A stretch of 64,000 nucleotides of DNA from Squalus acanthias (Eukaryota), in assembly GCA_030390025.1 (NCBI GenBank), contig JASTWF010000338.1, positions 434,001 through 498,000 of the forward strand, in the 5' to 3' direction. Shown in pieces: positions 22,230 through 35,661 of the stretch (position 1 is the stretch's first letter; each line of letters begins with the position of its first letter). A model generated the notes under the pieces. That model saw nothing but the letters and a program-made list of their open reading frames with translations. It searched no databases and had not been told where the DNA came from. The position numbers and the translations under genes are program-made.

Positions 22230-25039
22230 GTTGGCAGGGGGATGGGCACCAGGATGTAACATTAGAAAGAGGAAATAAAGTGCTCAAAGGATTGGGAGAG
22301 GCAGAGAGCACTAAAGTAAGAAATAGGAAGGTATTAGGTGGGGTCAAACTAAGAGAGAATACAGGATGGTCTAAGATGGGTTCACAGTGTCTGTATGTGA
22401 ATGCACGAAGCGTAGTAAACAAGGTAAGTGAGCTGCAGGCACAAATAGTCACATGGGAATATGATGGTGTGGCAATAACTGAGACCTGGTTTGAAAAAGG
22501 GCAGGATTGGGTATTAAATATTCCTGGTTATAAAGTGTTCAGGAAAGATAGGGAAGGAAAGATAGGAGGTGGTGTGGCAGTATTGGTCAAGGAGAATGTT
22601 ACAGTGCTGGAGAGGGAGGATGTCCTGGAGGGGTCAAGGACAGAATCTATACGGCTAGAGTTAAGAAATAATAGAGGTGCCATTACACTACTGGGTGTAT
22701 TCTATAGACCACCAACTAGTGGGAAAGATATGGAGGAGCAAATTTTCAGAGAAATTACAGAGAGGTGCAAGAACTATAGAGTAGTGATAATGGTGGGCTT
22801 CAACTATCCTAATATAGACTGGGATCGTAATAGTGTTAAGGGCAGAGAAGGGGAAGAATTTCTGAAGTGTGTTCAGGAGAACTTTCTTGATCAGTACATT
22901 TCCGGCCCTACGAGGGAGGAGGCATTGCTGGATCTGGTTCTGGGGAATGAGGTGGGTCAAGTGGAGCAAGTGTCAGTAGGTGAACATTTAGGGAACAGTG
23001 ATCATCGTATCATAAGGTTTAGATTAGCTATGGAAAAGGACAGGGAGCAATCTAGAGTAAAAATGTTTAACTGGGGGAAGGCCAATTTCAGTGGGATGAG
23101 AACGGATCTGGCCCGGGTAAACTGGAATCAAAGATTAGCAGGCAAAACTGTAATGGAACAATGGGCTGCCTTTATAGAGGAAATAGTTCAGGTACAGTTG
23201 AGGTACATTCCCACTAGGGGGAAAGGCAGGACAACTAAAGTCAGGGCTCCCTGGATGACAAAAAAGATAGAGATTATGAAGCAGCAGAAAAAGAGCGCGT
23301 ATGACAGATGTCAGGTTGCAAATACATCTGAGAATCAGGCTAAATATAGAAAGGTCAGAGGAGAAGTGAAAAAGAAAATAAGAGGGGCAAAGAGAGGGTA
23401 TGAGAATAGAATGGCAGCCAACATAAAAGGTAATCCAAAAGTCTTCTATAGGCATATAAATAGTAAACGGGTAGTAAGAGGAGGGGTGGGGCCGATTAAG
23501 GACCATAAAGGAGCCCTATGCACAGAGGGTATGGCTGAGGTACTAAACGAGTACTTTGCATCTGTCTTCACCAAGGAAGAGGATCCTGCCATAGACATAG
23601 TGAAGGAGGAGGTAGTGGAGATACTTGATAGGATAAAAATTGATAAAGAGGAGGTATTTAAAAAAAGGAGGGAGAGAGAAAACAGGGAACTACAGACTGT
23701 TTAGCCTAACATCAGTAGTAGGGAAAATGCTAGAGTCTATTACAAAGGATGTGATAACAGGACACTTAGAAAATATCAACGGGATTAGACAAAGTCAACA
23801 TGGATTTATGAAAGGGAAATCGTGTTTGACAAACCTACTGGAGTTTTTTGAGGATGTAGCTGGTAGAATAGATAAGGGAGAACCAGTGGATGTGGTGTAT
23901 TTGGATTTCAGAAGGCCTTTGATAAAGTTCCACATAAGAGGTTAGTGTGCAAAATTAAAGCACATGGAATTGGGGGTAATATACTGGCATGGATTGAAAA
24001 TTGGTTAACAGACAGGAAAGAGAGAGTAGGAATAAATGGGTCTTAATCGGAGTGGCAGGCAGTGACTAGTGGGGTCAGGGCTTGGGCCCCAGCTATTCAC
24101 AATACATATCAATGATTTGGATGAGGTAACCAAATGTAATATTTCCAAGTTTGCTGACGACACAAAACTAGGTGGGGTTGTGAGGAGGATGCAAAGAGGC
24201 TTCAAGGCGATTTAGACAAGTTGAGTGAGTGGGCAAATACATGGCAGATGCAGTATAACGTGGATAAATGTGAAGTTATCCACTTCGGTAGGAAAAACAG
24301 AAAGGTAGAGTATTGTTTAAATGGTGATAGATTGGGAAATGTTGCTGTACAAAGAGACCTGGGTGTCCTTGTACCCCAGTCACTGAAAGCAAACATGCAG
24401 GTGCAGCAAGCAGTTAGGAAGGCAAATAGTATGTTGGCCTTCATTGCAAGAGGATTTGAGTACAGCAGCAAGGATGTCTTACTACAGTTATACAGGGCCT
24501 TGGTGAGACCACACCTGGAGTACTGTGTGCAGTTTTGGTCTCCTTACCTAAGAAAGGATATACTTGCCATAGAGGGAGTGCAGCGAAGGTTCACCAGACT
24601 GATTCCTGGGATGTCGTATGAGGAGAGATTGGGTCGACTAGGCCTGTATTCACTAGAGTTTAGAAGAATGAGAGGGGATCTCATTGAAACGTATAAAATT
24701 CTGACAGGGCTAGACAGACTGGATGTAGGGAGGATGTTTCCCCTGGCTGGGGGTCTAGAACGAGGGGTCACAGTCTCAGGATACGGGGTAGGACATTTAG
24801 GACTGAGATGAGGAGAAATTTCTTCACTCAGAGGGTGGTGAACCTGTGGAATTCTCTACCACAGAAGGCTGTGGAGGCCAAGTCACTGAATATATTTAAG
24901 AAGGAGATAGATAGATTTCTAGACATAAAGGGGTATGGGGAGAGAGCGGGAATATGGTATTGAGATAGAGGATCAGCCATGATCATATTGAATGATGGAG
25001 CAGGCTCGAATGGCCAAATGGCCGACTCCTGCTCCTATG

Positions 25040-25541
25040 TGAAGGCATTCGAGAAGGTGCTGAAAAGATTTACATGAATGGTTCCAGGGATGAAGGACTT
25101 CAGTTACGTGGATAGACTGGAGAAGCTGGGGTTGTTCTCCTTAGAGCAGAGAAGGTTGAGAGGAGATTTGATAGAGGTGTTCAAAATCATGAGGGGTCTA
25201 GACAGAGTAGATAGAGAGAAACTGTTCCCATTGGCGGAAGGGTCGAGAACTAGAGGACACAGATTTAAGGTGATTGGCAGAAGAATCAAAGGTGACATGG
25301 GGAAAAACTTTTTACGCAGTGAGTGGTTAGGATCGGGAATGCACTGCCTGAAAGGGTGGTGGAGGCAGATTCAATCACGGCTTTCAAAAGGGAATTGGAT
25401 GAGTACCTGAAGGACAAAAATTTGCAGGGCTACGACGGAAGGGTGGGGGAGTGGGACTAGCTGAAGTGATCTTGCAGAGAGCCAGCATGGGCTCAATGGG
25501 CCGAATGGCCACATTCTGTGCTGTAACCATTCTATGATTCT
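25040..25541 (+). mobile_element. CR1 3' end abutting a ZNF gene
   Basis: Near-identical to 6400-6900 and to the reverse complement of 50850-51350. Confidence 0.9.
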
Positions 25542-25709
25542 ACGAACACATTAAACTGTCACAGAATAATTACCAGTCATTTTAGACTGGAAACTTAACC
25601 CTGCCATTTCACTTTCAGTCAGGAACAGATCGCAGTTTGACACCTGATGTGTCAACAGGGTGGATGACCGAGTGTAGCCCTTCCCACACTCGGAGCAGGT
25701 GAACGGTCA

Positions 25710-25808
<99 letters not shown>

Positions 25809-26498
25809 TCACTGGTGTGTCAGCAGGTGGGATGAACACGTGAATCCCTTCCTGCACTCGGAGCAGGTGAACGGCCTCTCCCCAGTGTGAACTCGCTGGT
25901 GTGTCAGCAGGTTGGATGACTGAGTGAATCCCTTCCCACACTCAGAGCAGGTGAACGGCCTCTCCCCGGTGTGAACTCGCTGGTGTGTCAGCAGGTGGGT
26001 TGAACACCTGAATCCCATCCCACACTCAGTGCAGGTGAACGGTCTCTCCCCAGTGTGAACTCGCTGGTGTTTCAGAAGGTCGGATGACTGAGTGAATCCC
26101 TTCCCACACTCGGAGCAGGTGAACGGTCTCTCCCCGGTGTGAGTGCGCTGGTGTACAGTGAGGTGAGATGATCGCCTGAACCCAGTCCCACAGTGAGAGC
26201 ACCTGAACGGTCTCTCGTCAGTGTGAACACTTTGATGGCGTGTTAGTTCCCTGGAACTTTTATAGCACTTCCCGCAGTCCGGGCATTTAAAAGGTCTCTC
26301 GTCAGTGTGAACTCGCTGGTGCTGCAGCAGGTTGGATGAATTAGTGAATCCCTTCCCACACTCAGTGCAGGTGAACAGTCTCTCCCTGGTGTGACTGCGC
26401 TTGTGTCTCGACAGGCCAGAGGATCGGCTGAAGCCTCGTCCACACACAGAACACGTGTACGGTTTCTCCCCACTCTGAACGGTGCTTTCTGCTTCCAT
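25809..26498 (-). CDS. tandem C2H2 zinc-finger protein, A-type copy 2 (229 aa, 7 full fingers plus a partial one; premature stop)
   Basis: ATG 26498 MEAES; TGA at 25811-25809 (CGA>TGA); a second in-frame TGA at 25709-25707; ancestral end SKNDW* at ~25570. Confidence 0.75.
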   Translation of the reverse strand: MEAESTVQSGEKPYTCSVCGRGFSRSSGLSRHKRSHTRERLFTCTECGKGFTNSSNLLQHQRVHTDERPFKCPDCGKCYKSSRELTRHQSVHTDERPFRCSHCGTGFRRSSHLTVHQRTHTGERPFTCSECGKGFTQSSDLLKHQRVHTGERPFTCTECGMGFRCSTHLLTHQRVHTGERPFTCSECGKGFTQSSNLLTHQRVHTGERPFTCSECRKGFTCSSHLLTHQ

Positions 26499-27102
26499 GC
26501 TCAAAGGTCCTGATGAATTGTGCGACTCTGTCAGATCTTGAAGTGATGTTTGGTTTGAGTTCCCCGTCTGCAAATCCTCCCCTTCTAACACCCTGTAAAA
26601 TTAATTTAAAACAGGAAAAAGGGAGGGTGAGAGAAAATCCACAAAAACACAAAGGCAGGTTGTGAAATTGAGCTGAATGAATCTGGGAATTTGTGGGGCC
26701 GGCACTAGAAAAAAGTGACCATGAAAGCTGCCGGATTGACGTAAAAACTCAACTGGTTCACTAATGTCCTTCAGGGAAGGGAACCCGCCACCCGGTCTGG
26801 GCCTACTCAAGACTCTGGCCTCTATGGGAGGAGAGAGAGTGAGGTGGGAGGGGGAGGGTGAAGGAGAGCGACTTTATACATCTGCAACTCGACGAGAACT
26901 TTGACAGCACCACCCAAACACACGACCTCCACCACCGAGAAGGACAAGGGCAGCAGGTGCATGGGAACACCATCACCTCCCAGTTCCCCTCCAAGTCACA
27001 CACTATCCTGACTTGGGCATATATCGCCGTTCACACTCGGTGTTGCCCCGGGCCCGGCGGCTCCGACTCGGGGCCTGAAAACCGCACTTGGTGTTGCTGA
27101 AG

Positions 27103-28342
27103 GTTCCAACCCTGGGACTGTACATGGGGATTCTAACCCTGGGACAGTACATGGGGGGTTCTAACCCTGGGACTGTACATGGGGATTCCAACCCTGGGAC
27201 TGTACAAGGGGATTCTAACCCTGGGACTGTACATGGGGATTCTAACCCTGGGACTGTACATGGGGATTCTAACCCTGGGACTGTACATGGGGATTCTAAC
27301 CCTGGGACTGTACATGGGGATTCTAACCCTGGGACTGTACATGGGGATTCTAACCCTGGAACTGTACATGGGGATTCTAACCCTGGAACTGTACATGGGG
27401 ATTCTAACCCTGGAACTGTACATGGGGATTCTAACCCTGTAACTGTACATGGGGATTCTAACCCTGGAACTGTACATGGGGATTCTAACCCTGGGACTGT
27501 ACATGGGGATTCTAACCCTGGAACTGTACATGGGGATTCTAACCCTGGGACTGTACATGGGGATTCTAACCCTGGGACTGTACATGGGGATTCTAACCCT
27601 GGGACTGTACATGGGGATTCTAACCCTGGGACTGTACATGGGGATTCTGACCCTGGGACTGTACATGGGGATTCTAACCCTGGGACTGTACATGGGGATT
27701 CTAACCCTGGGACTGTACATGGGGATTCTAACCCTGGGACTGTACATGGGGATTCTAACCCTGGAACTGTACATGGGGATTCTAACCCTGGAACTGTACA
27801 TGGGGATTCTAACCCTGTGACTGTACATGGGGATTCTAACCCTGGAACTGTACATGGGGATTCTAACCCTGGGACTGTACATGGGGATTCTGACCCTGGG
27901 ACTGTACATGGGGATTCTAACCCTGGAACTGTACATGGGGATTCTGACCCTGGGACTGTACATGGGGATTCTAACCCTGGGACTGTACATGGGGATTCTA
28001 ACCCTGGGACTGTACATGGGGATTCTAACCCTGGGACTGTACATGAGGATTCCAACCCTGGGACTGTACATGGGGATTCTAACCCTGGAACTGTACATGG
28101 GGATTCTAACCCTGGAACTGTACATGGGGATTCTAACCCTGGAACTGTACATGGGGATTCTAACCCTGGGACTGTACATGGGGATTCTAACCCTGGGACT
28201 GTACATGGGGATTCTAACCCTGGGACTGTACATGGAGATTCTAACCCTGGAACTGTACATGGGGATTCCTATCCTGGGACTGTACATAGGGATTCTAACC
28301 CTGGAACTGTACATGGGGATTCCTATCCTGGGACTGTACAAG
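27103..28342 (+). repeat. 27-bp intronic minisatellite, ~46 copies
   Basis: Unit GGGGATTCTAACCCTGGGACTGTACAT. Confidence 0.97.
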
Positions 28343-28499
28343 GGGCCCAGCTCTGGGGCTGTTCTGTTACAATTGTGTGGGATGTTAACCGTCTGCTCTG
28401 CTTTTACCAGCGCCTTCAGGAGAGATGGTGAGAAATCCGAAGTGTGGAGAGTCTGAATCAAATAACTGAGTCACTGATTTACTCTCCCGGGCACTGGGA

Positions 28500-28621
28500 C
28501 CCGGTTGGGAACAGACACTGAAGCCCCGCCCACTCTTAGTTCCTCACCAAGATGACCGCGCATGCGCTTTGCTACTCACTGAATCAAAATGGCGGCCGTT
28601 ATCCTGGACCTGTGACCGGGA
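28500..28621 (-). promoter_or_regulatory. 3' part of first exon and donor of A-type copy 2
   Basis: CAAAATGGCGGCC (YY1), GCGCATGCGC (NRF1), ACTCACTG (CA|GTGAGT on the minus strand); inverted paralog of 48465-48590. Confidence 0.65.
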
Positions 28622-29497
28622 GAACATAAGAACATAAGAAATAGGAGCAGGAGTAGGCCAATCGGCCCCTCGAGCCTGCTCCGCCATTCAATAAGATCAT
28701 GGCTGATCTGATCCTCACCTCAAATCTAAAGAACACAAGAAGTAGGAGCAGGACCCGGCCACTCGGCCCCTGGGCCCGCTACGCCACCCACAGGGCCTCG
28801 ACCGATCCGAACTCAACCTCATGTCCAATTTCCTGCCCGCTCCCCGTAACCCCTAATTCCCTTTACTTCTAGGAAACTGTCCATTTCTGTTTTAAATTTA
28901 TTTAATGAAGTAGCTTCCACAGCTTCCTGGGGCAGCAAATTCCACAGACCTACTACCCTCTGAGTGAAGAAGTTTCTCCTCATCTCAGTTTTGAAAGAGC
29001 AGCCCTTTATTCTAAGATTATGCCCCCTAGTTCTAGTTTCACCCATCCTTGGGAACATCCTTACCGCATCCACCCGATCAAGCCCTTTCACAATCTTATA
29101 TGTTTCAATAAGATCGCCTCTCATTCTTCTGAACTCCAATGAGTAGAGTCCCAATCTACTCAACCTCTCCTCGTATGTCCACCCCCTCATCCCCGGGATT
29201 AACCGAGTGAACCTTCTTTGTACTGCCTCGAGAGCAAGTATGTCTTTTCTTAAGTATGGACACCAAAACTGTATGCAGTATTCCAGATGTGGTCTCACCA
29301 ATACATTATATAACTGCAGCAATACCTCCCTGTTTTTATAATCTATCCCCCTAGCAATAAAAGCCAACATTCCGTTGGCCTTCTTGATCACCTGCTGCAC
29401 CTGCATACTAACTTTTTGATTTTCTTGCACTAGGACCCCCAGATCCCTTTGTACTGCAGTACTTTCCAGTTTCTCGCCATTAAGATAATAATAAGAG
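28622..29497 (-). mobile_element. 5'-truncated young CR1 with doubled tail, inserted in the promoter/first exon
   Basis: [26 protein letters not shown] at 28620-28624 and 29495-29499; empty site at ~48460. Confidence 0.92.
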
Positions 29498-29765
29498 AAG
29501 CCCCGAAGCTGCAAACGCGGGACCTTCAGGTTATTATTCGGGGCTTGCGGCCTCCCCGACCACCCGCCGGTCAATTACTCCGCTCCGTTGGCCGCTTCTC
29601 ACAGATTGGTCAGGAGCTGTTCCACAAGCACCGTCCTCTGAGATGACACGCACCGCGGATGCTCCAAACCCAGACGTGTCCCGCGCCTGCGCACTGGGCT
29701 CCTGTAGTCCTGGTGCGGCACATTCTCCCTCGCGGGGAATGCTGGGTAAAAGCCCCGCCATTGAA
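29498..29765 (-). promoter_or_regulatory. ZNF promoter cassette (upstream part)
   Basis: Reverse complement reads TTACCCAGCATTCCCCGCG ... ACTACAGGAGCCCAGTGCGCAGGCGC; paralog of 48180-48460. Confidence 0.7.
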
Positions 29766-30874
29766 AGGCCACATTAAGGACTGGAACAGAATTTACTGCG
29801 ATTGCATTGAGCACTGAACCATGTTCATGCCCAGCCCGCCCCAATGACAAAATCTAAGCCCAGGCTGCAAGATTCTCAGCTCAGTTTGGTGCTGTGTGAA
29901 CGGTTGAGCTCCGCACCCCGGCTGCTTGCGGGGAATGCTAGTGTGGAGGGCCCAGTGCAAAAGGCCTGGGGAGGAAAGGCTGTGAGATTTTCAACTCGGC
30001 TTAACTCGGTGCTGTGTGAACGGGCTGCTCCACATCCCGGCTGCTCGCGGGGAGTGCCGGTGCGGAGGGCCCGGTGCAGTAGGCCCAAGGTGGAAGACCC
30101 GGAAGAGAGTGGCCTGGGCGGGAGGCCCAGTATGGAGAATCCCATACTGGGGGCCCAGGGCGGGGCGGCTGGTCGGCAGAGGTGGAGTCGGGAGATGCGG
30201 TTGGTGAGCATTGCTGCACTGGTTCTGAAAGTTGCAGAATGGTTTCGGGCCTGAATGAGTTCCAGCGGCCCAGCATCTGCTCTGCCTGGCGGCAGCTGTG
30301 AGGCTTTTTCTTGGTCATGGGACCGGTTTATGCGTCGCCATATTGGTGAAGGAAAGACAAATTGTTTCCATCTGTAATGGGGCGCGTGAGCGGTTACAAG
30401 ATGGAAAATGTGAATGGTTAAAAGACGGAAAATAAAAGGAAATTAAAAGACAGAGCAAAGTAATATCAGTAAGGAATGATGAGTATTCTTTGATGGTTGG
30501 GTCCTGTGAGCGATAACAGCAAGCAGAAGAAGATTTGAGTGTTCGGTCTTTTTACGGGATTTCAGGATTTTCCGTGGAAGGGCTGAAGACTGTGGACAAG
30601 GACTATGACTTTACATGGTTCGACAACATCAAATGATATTCGTTAATGGATTGCCAATAGGACTGGCGTAGAACTGGTATTTAATTGTTTTGTTGGGAAG
30701 GTTTCAGGTTTTCTGTTTGAAAGCAGTTTACTTGAAGCTTAATTGATTTTCTAATAAGGATTGTGGGAATTTGCACATGATGATGTTTTGGTAGTTATGT
30801 AGGAATTTACTTTGCGGTTATTGTCTAGTGTTGGTGTGTTTGAAAAGATAAAGTAAATTAATGTTGGTAATTTA

Positions 30875-31345
30875 TTGAAACGAACGGATGCTCGAGTGAA
30901 TGAACGGATGAACGATTCGAACGAACGCATTCATGCATATTGGAACTTACACTCGATCGAACGACTGATCACTTGTGCAGTGATAGAACGAACGATTCGA
31001 GCGAACGCACGCAGGCGCGCACTTAGACAAATGATACGCACGCACGCATTCAGACGTACATAATGGAACTTACACTTGATCAAACGAACGACCTCATGGG
31101 GTAGTGGTCGAACGAACGATTCGAGCGAACACAAGCATGCACATTGGAACTTACACTCGAACGAATGAATGATCGCGTGGTGAACGATCAAATGAACGAT
31201 AATCGAGCGAACGCACGCAGGCGCGCACTTAGACAAATGATACGCACGCACGCACTCATACATACATATTGGAACTTACGCTCGATCGAACGAACGAACG
31301 CTTGAATGAACGAACGAACAATTGAATGAATGATCGAATGAACAA
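30875..31345. repeat. CpG-rich imperfect repeat (GAAC/GCAC runs, ~205-bp dimer)
   Basis: GGAACTTAC at 30942, 31065, 31146 and 31271; 50-bp identical block at ~30997 and ~31204. Confidence 0.85.
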
Positions 31346-32469
31346 TGCCAGTAGGAGTGGCGTAAAACGGGTTTTTTCTTGGTTTATTGGAATAAATGTT
31401 AACTGGAGCATTTAATTGGATTATGATGGTGCTATGTGTTTGTACACTGGTGTTGAAATGGTTTTTGTTTTATGTGGAGTTAACTTTGAGATTTATTATT
31501 TTAAATCTAAAAGTTGTGTGGTATTGTTTAAGGGTATTTGTACTGTAAACATTATTGATTATTTGTAAAATTAATCATTGCATTTATATTAACTATAAGG
31601 CTGTTTTTAAGGATTTATTTTTTACTGTGATGGATGAATGCAATGGATTTACTATGTAATGGATTTACGATGTAATTGATGAGTTGTACAGGTATTATTG
31701 TTTTTGAATAAAAATATTTGAAATGTTCTGATGTTTGTAATTGTGATTGCTGATTTTGATGGTCTCTTTGATTTAATCTCTTGTTATTAACATACTTTGC
31801 ACTATTTCTTTATTCGAGATAATTGTTTCAAATATCACCAGGCCCCACCCAGTAACCATCTGATTCCACCGTCAAATCTTCATCCATTACCCGCCCTCAC
31901 TAGAGATAGTTTCACCACCATGACCATTCCCCATACTGAGGCTCTCTGATTCCCATTTATAGACTCAGTGTAAATGGTCCCTGGAATTGGTGTCTCAGTG
32001 TAAGTAGTCCACACATAGAGCGGGTTCCCTAGGCCCCGCCCCCACACAGTGCGGGTCCCCGTGCGTGGCCAACTGGGGTAGGTTATAAAGAGACCGCGCG
32101 CTGTTCCTCCTCCCACTGCCTGTGGAATGGGGCAGAAATTTAAAGGGACAGGACTCCCCTTTCTCTGCGCATTTATATTTAAAGGGACAGTCTCGTTTAT
32201 CTTGGAGTGCCAGCAGACTTCACTACGAGAGTTCCCATTAACAGTTGCTCCCTTCTGTACAGTGATTGTAAAGCTGTCTATTTCAGTGACTTGAGCCTTT
32301 CTACAATGTCTCGCTGTTTTTTGACGATCCATTTGACTTGCTTGGTTAATTTTCAAAGATTTCAGAATTTTGCAATGTGACAAAGCTTTCCTTTAAAGAT
32401 GGAATAGCATTTGTTTCAAAATATTCTGTTCTAACCCTCTCCCGCACCCCGCCACCGCCCTCACTTCAA

Positions 32470-32762
32470 AACACTCTGCACCACTGACTGGGAAGGCAAC
32501 CAAGTTCCATCCTTAATCTGGGCTGTTAGTTGCTCTCAGCCAAGGCAGCAGTTCAGGGGTTATAATTGGCCTCAGTACCACTGGGCTAAGTGTAAAAATC
32601 AGCCAGTGCCCCTGCTCTTGATGGCGATCCAGTGACCTCAACTGGGAAGTGTATGGATGTCAATTGAGGGCAGGATTGGACTCGGCTGTGATGCCTACCA
32701 CAGTCGAAATCCTGCTGACACTCACTGAGTCGGCTGACGGTGAGGCACTAGAGGTTAACTAA
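32470..32762 (+). mobile_element. old SINE-like interspersed repeat (unclassified), truncated by a CR1
   Basis: Paralogous to 56000-56350 (complete) and to the reverse complement of 42910-43170 plus 41215-41274; resembles ancient shark SINE-like repeats from recollection. Confidence 0.5.
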
Positions 32763-34680
32763 TAAGAACATAAGAAATAGGAGCAGGAGTAGACCAATCG
32801 GCCCCTCGAGCCTGCTCCGCCATTCAATGAGATCATGGCTGATCTGATCCAACCTCAACTCTAAAGAACACAAGAAGCAGGAGCAGGACCCGGCCACTCG
32901 GCCCCTGGGCCCGCTCCGCCACCCACAGGGCCTTGACTGATCCGAACACAAACTCATGTCCAATTTCCAGCCCGCTCCCCATAACCCCTGATTCCCTTTA
33001 CTTCTAGGAAACGGTCTATTTCTGTTTTAAATTTATTTAATGAAGTAGCTTCCACAGCTTCCTGGGGTAGCAAATTCCACAGACCCACTACCCTCTGAGT
33101 GAAAAAGTTTCTCTTCATCTCAGTTTTGAAAGAGGAGCCCCTTATTCTAAGATTATGTCCCCTAGTTCTAGTTTCACCCATCATTGGGAACATCCTCACC
33201 GCGTCCACCCGATCAAGCCCCTTCACAATCTTATATGTTTCAATAAGATCGCCTCTCATTCTTCTGAACTCTAATGAGTAGAGTCCCAATCTACTCAACC
33301 TCTCCTCGTATGTCCACCCCCTCATCCCCGGAATTAACCGAGTGAACCTTCTTTGTACTGCCTCGAGAGCAAGTATGTCTTTTCTTAAGTATGGACACCA
33401 AAACTGTATGCAGTACTCCAGGTGCGGTCTCACCAATACCCTATACAACTGCAGCAATACCTCCCTGTTTTTATATTCTATCCCCCTAGCAATAAAAGCC
33501 AACATTCCGTTGGCCTTCTTGACCACCTGCTGCACCTGCATACTAACTTTTTGATTTTCTTGCACCAAGACCCCCAGATCCCTTGTACTGCAGTACTTTC
33601 CAGTTTCTCGCCATTAAGATAATAACTTGCTCTCTGATTTTTCCTGCCAAAGTGTATAACCTCACATTTTCCAATATTGTATTGCATCTGCCAAATCTCT
33701 GCCCACTCACCCAGCCTGTCTATATCCCCTTGTAGGTTTTTTATGTCCTCCTCACTCTCTACTTTCCCTCCCATCTTTGTATCATCTGCAAACTTTGATA
33801 TGTTACACTCGGTCCCCTCCTCCAAATCGTTAATATAGTTTGTAAAGAGTTGCGGACCCAGCACCGACCCCTGCGGAACACCACTGGCTACTGGTTGCCA
33901 GTCCGAGAATGAACCATTTATCCCAACTCTCTGCTTCCTGTTAGATAACCAATCCTCCACCCATGCCAGAATATTACCCCCAATCCAGTGATTTTTTATC
34001 TTGAGTAATAATCTTTTATGTGGCACCTTGTCGAATGCCTTCTGGAAGTCTAAATACACTACATCCACTGGTTCCCCTTTATCCACCCTGTACGTTATAT
34101 CCTCAAAGAACTCGAGCAAATTTGTCAGACATGACATCCCCTTCATAAAGCCATGCTGACTTTGTCCTATTAAATTATGTTTATCTAAATGTTCCGTTAC
34201 TGTCTCCTTAATAATAGACTCCAAAATTTTACCCACCACAGATGTTAGGCTAACTGGTCTATCATTTCCAGCCTTCTGCCTACTACCCTTTTTAAATAAG
34301 GGTGTTACATTAGCAGTTTTCCAATCTGCCGGGACCTTTGCTGAGTTCAGGGAGTTTTTGAAAATTATTACCAAAGCATCCACAATTCCTACTGCCACTT
34401 CCCTCAAGACCCTAGGATGTAAGCCATCAGGTCCAGGGGATTTATCCGCCTTGAGTCCCATTATTTTACTGAGTACCAATTTCTTAGTGATTTTAATTGT
34501 ATTTAGCTCCTCCCCCACTAGAGCCCCCTGTTTATCCAGTGTTGGGATATTCTTAGTGTCCTCAACCGTAAAGACTGAAACAAAATATTTGTTCAGCATT
34601 TTTGCCATCTCCATGTTTCCCACCATTAATTTCCCGGTCTCATCCTCTAAGGGACCTACGTTTGCCTTAACCACCCTTTT
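32762..34680 (-). mobile_element. young CR1, RT domain to doubled 3' tail
   Basis: [51 protein letters not shown]; a single frameshift near 33570. Confidence 0.95.
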
Positions 34681-35108
34681 TCTCTGGAGTTTAGAAGAAT
34701 GAGAGGTGATCTCATTGAAACATACAAGATTCTGAAGGGGATTGACAGGGTAGATGCTGAGAGGTTGTTTCCCCTGGCTGGAGTGTCTGGAACTAGGGGG
34801 CATAGTCTCAGGATAAGGGGTCGGCCATTTAAGACTGAGATGAGGAGGAATTTCTTCACTGAGAGTGTTGTGAATCTTTGGAATTCTCTGCCCCAGAGGG
34901 CTGTGAATGCTGAGTCTTTGAGTATATTCAAGGCTAAGATAGATAGATTTTTGGACTCTCGGGGAATCAAGGGATATGGAGATCGGGTGGGAAAGTGGAG
35001 TTGAGGTGGATGATCAGCCATGATCTTATTGAATGGCGGAGCAGGCTCGAGGGGTCGTGTGACCTACTCCTGCTCCTAATTCTTATGATCTTTTCTTATG
35101 TTCTTAAT
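34681..35108 (+). mobile_element. CR1 3' fragment
   Basis: LEFRRMRGDLIETYKIL..WNSLPQRAV; tail TTCTTATGTTCTT. Confidence 0.9.
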
Positions 35109-35481
35109 CTGCCCGGCAACTTTCCTTTCAGTGAAGAGAGACGAGAAAGACCAAAGTGCCGTTTGCCCCTCTCAGTGTGGCCCTGAAGGACTGTGTCCAG
35201 GCTGTAGTTCTGTTCCCGCCGTACGATCCTCCCCCCAGATTGTCCTTTCTGAGCTCCAGCCAGGAGATGCTAAACACTCAGGTGGGAACGACAAAAATCC
35301 ACAACAATGTCTTTAAAGCAAAGCTGAATTATTTGATATATATCCAGATATTTAAACTCCAGCCCAGTTACAGGGGTTATTAACATCAGCAGAAACAAAC
35401 CCCAGCTGTCAGTGTGAACATGATTCAGTTCAGGATATAATTAACAGCAGCAATAACAGCAGAATCCAACCTCTGCTGTCA

Positions 35482-35661
<180 letters not shown>

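Larger units (their letters stand above)
20363..25040 (+). mobile_element. near-full-length CR1 (5' UTR, ORF1, ORF2 EN) joined by internal deletion to the RT and 3' tail of another CR1
   Basis: 5' boundary defined against paralogous empty sites (~31832, ~46147); EN ORF ~22376-23660; RT motifs SQHGFMKGKSCLTNL and FADDTKL; CR1 tail at 24970-25040. Confidence 0.9.

Noticed and set aside
27003..28461. Repetitive ORFs (SNPGTVHGD)n and (ESPCTVPGL)n
   Set aside because: 27-bp intronic VNTR open on both strands, with no independent coding evidence
30875..31345. CRISPR-like repeat-spacer pattern
   Set aside because: The spacers are themselves repetitive and duplicated, the context is vertebrate, and no cas genes are present
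32138..32190. Kolobok/T2-MITE terminus (TTAAAGGGACA)
   Set aside because: The two motifs are in direct orientation and no inverted partner was found
34670..34700. Twin-priming inversion of a single CR1
   Set aside because: The two arms are different subfamilies and each has its own 3' tail
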